From NCBI GenBank assembly GCA_017694845.1, contig JADIMI010000022.1:650-64649 (forward strand): a stretch of DNA of 64,000 nt, in the 5' to 3' direction. Below, piece after piece: positions 58,633 to 64,000 of this stretch. The notes below the pieces were generated by a model, which had not been told where the DNA came from, made no database searches, and worked only from the letters and a program-made list of their open reading frames with translations. This DNA is from Candidatus Cryptobacteroides intestinavium. GTDB taxonomy: Bacteria; Bacteroidota; Bacteroidia; Bacteroidales; UBA932. The position numbers were made by a program, and so were the translations under genes. Position 1 is the first letter of the stretch, and every line of letters begins with the position of its first letter.

Positions 58633-60099
58633 ATGAAATACAGCGACATAATAATCATCGGAGGAGGCGCTGCAGGGCTGATGGCAGCCATCGGAGCCGG
58701 CTCAGCAATGCCATCCGCGGGGAAAGGGAGGCAGCAGAGAGTCACAGTCCTGGAGAAGATGCCGCGCCCCGGCAGGAAGATAATGATCACAGGGAAAGGA
58801 AGATGCAATTTCACCAACGTCAAGAGCTGGAATGAATTCTCATCTCATATACATCCTGCCCCGGGACTGCTGAAACCTGCATTCTACAGTCTCACTCCCG
58901 AGAAGCTGTCGGAAATGTTCGTACAGGCCGGACTCGAGACTGTCGTCGAACGCGGAGACAGGGCCTTCCCCGCATCGCACAGGGCAGCGGATGTCGTCGA
59001 CACCCTGACCTCAATGGCACGGAAGGCGGGAGCGGACATTATCTGCGGGAAAGAGACCGTTACCATAAGGCCTCCGGAAAACCATACAGCCGACAATGGA
59101 GGTCAAGTCACGGATACGGATGGCCGCGGCTCCGAAGAAACCCTGTTCAGGATAGAATGTGCCGACGGAAGCTCGTACTGCTGCAGACGGCTGATAATAG
59201 CTACAGGAGGGCTGTCCTATCCTGCAAGCGGCTCTACAGGGGATGGATTGATGTGGGCAAGACAGAACGGTCTTGCGGTAAGGCCGACTTTCCCATCCCT
59301 GACAGCCATAGTGCCTGACGGGTACAAGGCGACACATATCTCCCGGGGCCGGAAAAGTCACGGACCTGTGGCAGAGAATCCGGCCGGGCGGCAGATGAGA
59401 GGACATATCGACCGGAGCACCCCGCTATCCGCCAGAGGCAGGGCTCTGGCAGGAATCTGCCTGAAGAACACCGGGCTGACAGTGAAGGTCGATGGCTGCA
59501 CGGTCTGCGATGAGTTCGGAGACATAGAGTTCACCGATGGCGGTCTGGAAGGGCCTCTCGGATTCAGAGTGAGCAGGAAATGCGTGAATGCCATCATCAA
59601 CGGCTCGAAAGTTTCAGTATGCATTGACCTCAAGCCGGCAGTCAGTCTGGAGGAACTGGAGGCCAGGATATCCAGGCTGCAGCAGGAGATAGCCAAGGAC
59701 AGGAGAAGCACCGGAAAAGATAACAGAGAGAAGTTTATGATACTTCTCGGAAGGCTGATGCCGAGGGAACTTACCGCAGCCTTTCTCCTCTGCAATCAGG
59801 GCGTAGACACGGAGTCACTCGCCAGGACATTGAAATGCTGGAAAATGGATATAGCGGGATATGTAGGCTACGAAAGGTGCGTCATAACGGCTGGAGGGAT
59901 AGATGCTTCGGAGATCGTATCCAGGACTATGGAATGCAGGAAGATTCCGGGGCTGTACTTCGCCGGGGAGATACTGGATCTGGATGGCGACACCGGGGGA
60001 TACAACCTGCACATAGCGTTCGCCACAGGCTGCCTTGCCGGACAGTCGGCAGCAGGAAGCATCAGTCAAGACCGAGCATTTCCCTCGCCTCAGGCCTGA
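58633..60099 (+). CDS. HI0933/BaiN family FAD-dependent oxidoreductase
   Basis: IIGGGAAGLMAA, GRKIMITGKGRCNFTN, ATGGLSYP..GSTGDG, GEILDLDGDTGGYNL; likely start at 58633. Confidence 0.92.
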   Translation: MKYSDIIIIGGGAAGLMAAIGAGSAMPSAGKGRQQRVTVLEKMPRPGRKIMITGKGRCNFTNVKSWNEFSSHIHPAPGLLKPAFYSLTPEKLSEMFVQAGLETVVERGDRAFPASHRAADVVDTLTSMARKAGADIICGKETVTIRPPENHTADNGGQVTDTDGRGSEETLFRIECADGSSYCCRRLIIATGGLSYPASGSTGDGLMWARQNGLAVRPTFPSLTAIVPDGYKATHISRGRKSHGPVAENPAGRQMRGHIDRSTPLSARGRALAGICLKNTGLTVKVDGCTVCDEFGDIEFTDGGLEGPLGFRVSRKCVNAIINGSKVSVCIDLKPAVSLEELEARISRLQQEIAKDRRSTGKDNREKFMILLGRLMPRELTAAFLLCNQGVDTESLARTLKCWKMDIAGYVGYERCVITAGGIDASEIVSRTMECRKIPGLYFAGEILDLDGDTGGYNLHIAFATGCLAGQSAAGSISQDRAFPSPQA

Positions 60100-61018
60100 T
60101 ATTGTCATAGTGCCACCGCTTGTGGCTCCACAGCCAGTTGACCGGATCCTTGCGGATATCAGCCTCCAGAAGGTCATAATATCTGCGCATCAGTTTTTCC
60201 GGATCCTGTCCGGCGGCATTGTCGGTGATCACTTCGAATGTAAGGCGGTAATGTCCGCGGCTGACCCTCTCCTCGCGCATATATAAGACAGCGAACCCGA
60301 GCTTGGTCGCCAGAGAGAACCCTCCGAGCATTCCTTCTGTCGGCTGGTTCAGGAATTTCCCGACATAATGGCAAGCCTTGTACGGGAACTGGTCCGCATT
60401 CAGCACATACACAGGCCTCTCCTTTCTGTGAGCCACCGCGTGACGCATCAGCTTCGTGTCCTCGACCAGACCTTCATAGTCAGGCAGAGGCGCCCTGCGG
60501 TTCTCATAGAAGACGATATCCGACACCTTGCTTGACATCGAGCGGTATGCAACATAGAAATTGTCCCTGGCAAGATATCTCTCAAGCCCGAGATCCGGTG
60601 AATATTCATAGAAACCTCCCAGCAGCTCCCAGTTGCCGCAGTGCGACTTCATCGCCATCACTCCCCTCTCCCTGTTGGCCTCGACCAGGACTTCAGGATT
60701 GGCATATTCATATATACGCTGCTTCCTGAGACGACGCCGTCCCCTCTCTCCGTTGCACCCGCCGAACCATATCGTCTCCGCTGCGAGGTCGCCCATTCTC
60801 GAATAATACTGCCTGGCTATGCTGTCGACCCAGTCGTATGTCTTGTCCGGAAACGCTCTCGCGATATTCGTATAGATGACGCCCTTCCTGTAGTCCAGCA
60901 CCCTGCGCATAAACCAGGAAGCGGCATCGCCGAGCCCGTAGAGAGCCTTGAGCGGCAGTCTGCCCACCAATGACAGCAGCGACCTGACTATACCTGCCCT
61001 TATCCTTACACTATCCAT
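60062..61018 (-). CDS. Lipid A late acyltransferase (LpxL/HtrB family)
   Basis: HCGNWE, LNADQ, FLNQPT, WLWSHKRW. Confidence 0.87.
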   Translation of the reverse strand: MDSVRIRAGIVRSLLSLVGRLPLKALYGLGDAASWFMRRVLDYRKGVIYTNIARAFPDKTYDWVDSIARQYYSRMGDLAAETIWFGGCNGERGRRRLRKQRIYEYANPEVLVEANRERGVMAMKSHCGNWELLGGFYEYSPDLGLERYLARDNFYVAYRSMSSKVSDIVFYENRRAPLPDYEGLVEDTKLMRHAVAHRKERPVYVLNADQFPYKACHYVGKFLNQPTEGMLGGFSLATKLGFAVLYMREERVSRGHYRLTFEVITDNAAGQDPEKLMRRYYDLLEADIRKDPVNWLWSHKRWHYDNIRPEAREMLGLD

Positions 61019-61136
61019 TGGGATCCCCTCTTTTTATGAACACTATCTGACAAAGATACCGTTTTTTCCGATATTCTTTCGGATAATTACATAAAATTGT
61101 AAATTTGCGGATGTTTGTCACATAAACCGAAACGGG

Positions 61137-62897
61137 ATGAAGCACATACTAGTCCATCTCCACATATTCTATTATGACCAGACAGATTTTTTCATAAGGA
61201 AACTGTCCAGCATTACGGATTGTGACTGGGATCTGTATGTCACGATGAACAGGATGGACGAGGATACGGTCGACAAGCTGACAAGATTCAAGAAGGACAC
61301 GCATTTCATCCTGACAGAAAATGTAGGATACGACATATGGCCGTTTATCAAGGTGATCAAGTCGATAAACCTTGACAGATACGACTATGTAATGAAACTG
61401 CATACCAAAAGCGAATCCAATCTGAAAATTCACGGCATACGGCTCAAGGGATTTGAATGGAGGGATGCACTTGTAAATTCTCTGCTCGGGAGCAGGCGCA
61501 GATTCAGGAAGACACTCAAAATATTCAGGAATCAGCCGGATGCAGGCATTGTCAGCTGCAGAATGCTATGGCTGAAAACAAGCGAATGGCAGGATGAAGA
61601 CAGTGTCCTTCTGGACAAGGAACTCAGAAGGATAGGGCTCAGGGTCTCGGACAGACACTTCTGCGTAGGGACGATGTTCATAGCCAGAAGCAGGATATTC
61701 CGCTACCTTCAGAAAGACAATATTACAGAGAATCTGTTTCCTAAAATTCTGATATCGCATTCTGAAGGCTCGATGGCGCACGTCTATGAAAGAATCCTTT
61801 CAATGGCGGCGAATGCATACGGCTACCGGGCCGCGACAGTATCCCAGAACACGGCCGCGGCTGTATACCTGCTGCTGAACGGGGTTATATCACCTGTCTT
61901 CAAGCACATATTCACCATCAACAGAGAAGGCAATTCCGGAGCGAAATTCATCTGGCTTTTCGGTATAAAGATACGCGCAGGTATCTGCAGAGAGAGCATA
62001 GCAAGGGCTGAAATATTCTTCAAGGGGCACATCTTCAACTGCTTCTGGGAAGAGCACGACAGACGCAGCCGCAGAAGGGGCGAAGTCATCGGCAAGACCG
62101 TGGACCGGTATCTCGACCGCTATGTCCCTGATATGATATCCGTGCAGCCTGACAGCCAGGCTCTTCCCCCGGAGGCTCCGCAGCCCGACCGGATATTCAG
62201 CATCTGGCTTCAGGGTGAAGACAATGCGCCCGACATAGTCAAGGCGTGCTTCAGAAGCATGAGACACAACTGTTCGCAGGATATCGTCATACTGGACAGC
62301 AGGACTCTGCACGACTGGATATCCATACCGGGATATATTATGGACAAATGGAACAGCGGGAAGATAAAGCCGGCTCATTTTGCCGATATATGTCGCGTGG
62401 AACTGCTTTACGAATATGGAGGAATCTGGCTGGATGCCACCGGATTCGTGACAGCGCCTGTCCCCGGGTGGATACTGGATGAGGACTTCTTCATCTATAT
62501 GAGCGGAGAAACGGTAAAGGGATGCTATGCCTTTGTCCAGAACTGCTTCTTCAGGGCAAGAAAAGGCAATTACATCCTTAAGACCTGGAGGGAAGGTATA
62601 TTGTCATACTGGAGACAGGAAGACAGAGCGATAGACTATTTCATACACCAGATGATTTTAAGGAAGGCTGTGGAATGCAACCATAAAGCCGGAAAAGAAT
62701 TCGAGAAAATGCCTCACCTGATCCAGGATCCGACACACCGGCTATGGTGGCTATACAGGGACAAGCCGTTTGACAACGATATCTTCAGGAAAGAGACTGC
62801 CGGCTCGTTCTTCCAGAAGATCGAGTACAAGTCGGCTGCAGCCACTTCCCCGGTCAAGGGAAGTTTCGCTGACATAATGACACATATGTATCTATGA
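61137..62897 (+). CDS. RgpF-like domain fused to a capsular polysaccharide synthesis (DxD glycosyltransferase-like) domain
   Basis: N-terminal HLHIFYYD, NVGYDI.PF, KLHTKS, GTMF, AHVYER; C-terminal WLQGE.NAP, HFADICR, YGGIWLDAT, DYF. Confidence 0.75.
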   Translation: MKHILVHLHIFYYDQTDFFIRKLSSITDCDWDLYVTMNRMDEDTVDKLTRFKKDTHFILTENVGYDIWPFIKVIKSINLDRYDYVMKLHTKSESNLKIHGIRLKGFEWRDALVNSLLGSRRRFRKTLKIFRNQPDAGIVSCRMLWLKTSEWQDEDSVLLDKELRRIGLRVSDRHFCVGTMFIARSRIFRYLQKDNITENLFPKILISHSEGSMAHVYERILSMAANAYGYRAATVSQNTAAAVYLLLNGVISPVFKHIFTINREGNSGAKFIWLFGIKIRAGICRESIARAEIFFKGHIFNCFWEEHDRRSRRRGEVIGKTVDRYLDRYVPDMISVQPDSQALPPEAPQPDRIFSIWLQGEDNAPDIVKACFRSMRHNCSQDIVILDSRTLHDWISIPGYIMDKWNSGKIKPAHFADICRVELLYEYGGIWLDATGFVTAPVPGWILDEDFFIYMSGETVKGCYAFVQNCFFRARKGNYILKTWREGILSYWRQEDRAIDYFIHQMILRKAVECNHKAGKEFEKMPHLIQDPTHRLWWLYRDKPFDNDIFRKETAGSFFQKIEYKSAAATSPVKGSFADIMTHMYL

Positions 62898-63736
62898 TGA
62901 AAAGGCTTTTTCTTGTCGCAGGATATGACCCGCAGGGAATAATAGGTCCTTCTTTCATATACTACATATCGGCCCTGTCGGCATACGGTGATATCATCAC
63001 GGTCTTTGACTGCGACTGCACGGAGGATGAACTTCGGAAACTTTCGCCCTATGTACTGCATGCCGAAGCCGAAAGACACAGAGAGTATGATTTCGGATCA
63101 TACAAACGGGGATATCAATGGGCCCGCACCTCGGGCATTCTCGAAGACTATGATTTCTGCTATCTGGTGAATGATTCCGTATTCGGTCCGCTATACAGCC
63201 CGGGGCCGTATCTGGAAAGGATGGAGAACTGTGGCAAGGATGCATTCGCCATAGCTATGAACCCGCACAGGAAGCACCCGCATCTGCAGTCGTGGTTCAT
63301 AGGGCTTGCCCGTACCATATTCACATCCGAGGAATTCGCCGATTTCATCTCCGGAATCCACCGTATGGAAGACAAGAATTCCGTGTGCACTGCCTATGAG
63401 AACGGTCTGACCGGACTTATGGACAAATGCGGATTCAGCTACGGCGCCCTCTACAGACTGAAAGGGAAAAGGGTATACAACAATATCAGGGATCTGTACC
63501 GCCACGGCCTGCCTTTCTTCAAGAAATCGGCATTCAGCCGCCATAACGGAGCGCTCGGAGCCCAGGTAAGATATATACTGCAGCGGATACCGCCTGAATT
63601 GAGGTCTGCCATAATATCAGACTCCTCAAGAATATACGGCGCCGGATATGTGAGCAAATTCCTTGATGGGAACCGTATCGATATGTTTTTCAGATATAGT
63701 TCGTATCTTGTACATAAAATCTTCCGCTCCAGATGA
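62894..63736 (+). CDS. Rhamnan synthesis protein F-like protein
   Basis: YDFGSYKRG, LVNDSVFGP, HLQSWF, YENGLT, PFFKK. Confidence 0.75.
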   Translation: MMKRLFLVAGYDPQGIIGPSFIYYISALSAYGDIITVFDCDCTEDELRKLSPYVLHAEAERHREYDFGSYKRGYQWARTSGILEDYDFCYLVNDSVFGPLYSPGPYLERMENCGKDAFAIAMNPHRKHPHLQSWFIGLARTIFTSEEFADFISGIHRMEDKNSVCTAYENGLTGLMDKCGFSYGALYRLKGKRVYNNIRDLYRHGLPFFKKSAFSRHNGALGAQVRYILQRIPPELRSAIISDSSRIYGAGYVSKFLDGNRIDMFFRYSSYLVHKIFRSR

Positions 63737-64000
63737 AAAGACACGCATACCTCATACTGGCTCACTGCAACTTCGGACAGCTGCACAGACTGGTGGAACT
63801 GCTGGATGACCCCCGCAACGACATATATATACATATAGACCGTAAAGCCCGCTTCGATCATACCGGCTGGGACAGGGCCTGCCGCAGGTCCTCACTCACT
63901 TTCATCTCCCCGAGAATCAGTGTCCACTGGGGAGGTCCGAGCATAATGAGGGCAGAGCTGGAGCTTCTGAAGGCAGCCACCGGCGGAGGGAGCTACGACT
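63733..64000 (+). CDS. Core-2/I-branching (GT14-like) glycosyltransferase, truncated by the window end
   Basis: ATG at 63733: MKRHAYLILAH...LLDDPRNDIYIHIDRK...VHWGG. Confidence 0.75.
   Translation, partial: MKRHAYLILAHCNFGQLHRLVELLDDPRNDIYIHIDRKARFDHTGWDRACRRSSLTFISPRISVHWGGPSIMRAELELLKAATGGGSYD

Overview
Bacteroidales-type chromosomal window, inferred from SusC/SusD genes, a short primary sigma factor and TAnnTTTG promoter boxes. All calls come from reading motifs; no database search was run. (i) 0.1-14.6 kb, minus strand: a glycosaminoglycan-type polysaccharide utilization locus (FecR anti-sigma, SusC transducer, SusD, heparinase II/III-like lyase, two lipoproteins, PL8-GH88 fusion). (ii) 14.7-47.9 kb, all minus strand: a ~33 kb accessory region between an ECF sigma gene and that FecR gene. 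Its core is an array of six modules, each a 'DPIFEANVEAL' (NVEALA-type) peptide sequence with a variable, mostly Cys-rich tail followed by its own divergent beta-propeller lipoprotein. All six share an identical 19-bp DNA core; only two are intact, and the rest are leaderless, truncated or frameshifted. Around it are an RND exporter, a MacAB-TolC-like exporter, a signal peptidase I fused to a transglutaminase-like/discoidin protein, a CxxC lipoprotein, an O-antigen-ligase/TPR protein, five promoters with a 21-bp-period direct repeat and several ECF-like promoter motifs. (iii) 48.5-64 kb: housekeeping genes (YgiQ-type radical SAM, argS, rpoD, htrA, dnaN, exonuclease, tRNA-Thr, lipid A acyltransferase) and the start of a surface polysaccharide cluster. 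The best candidate for an undescribed system is the peptide/cognate-lipoprotein cassette array.
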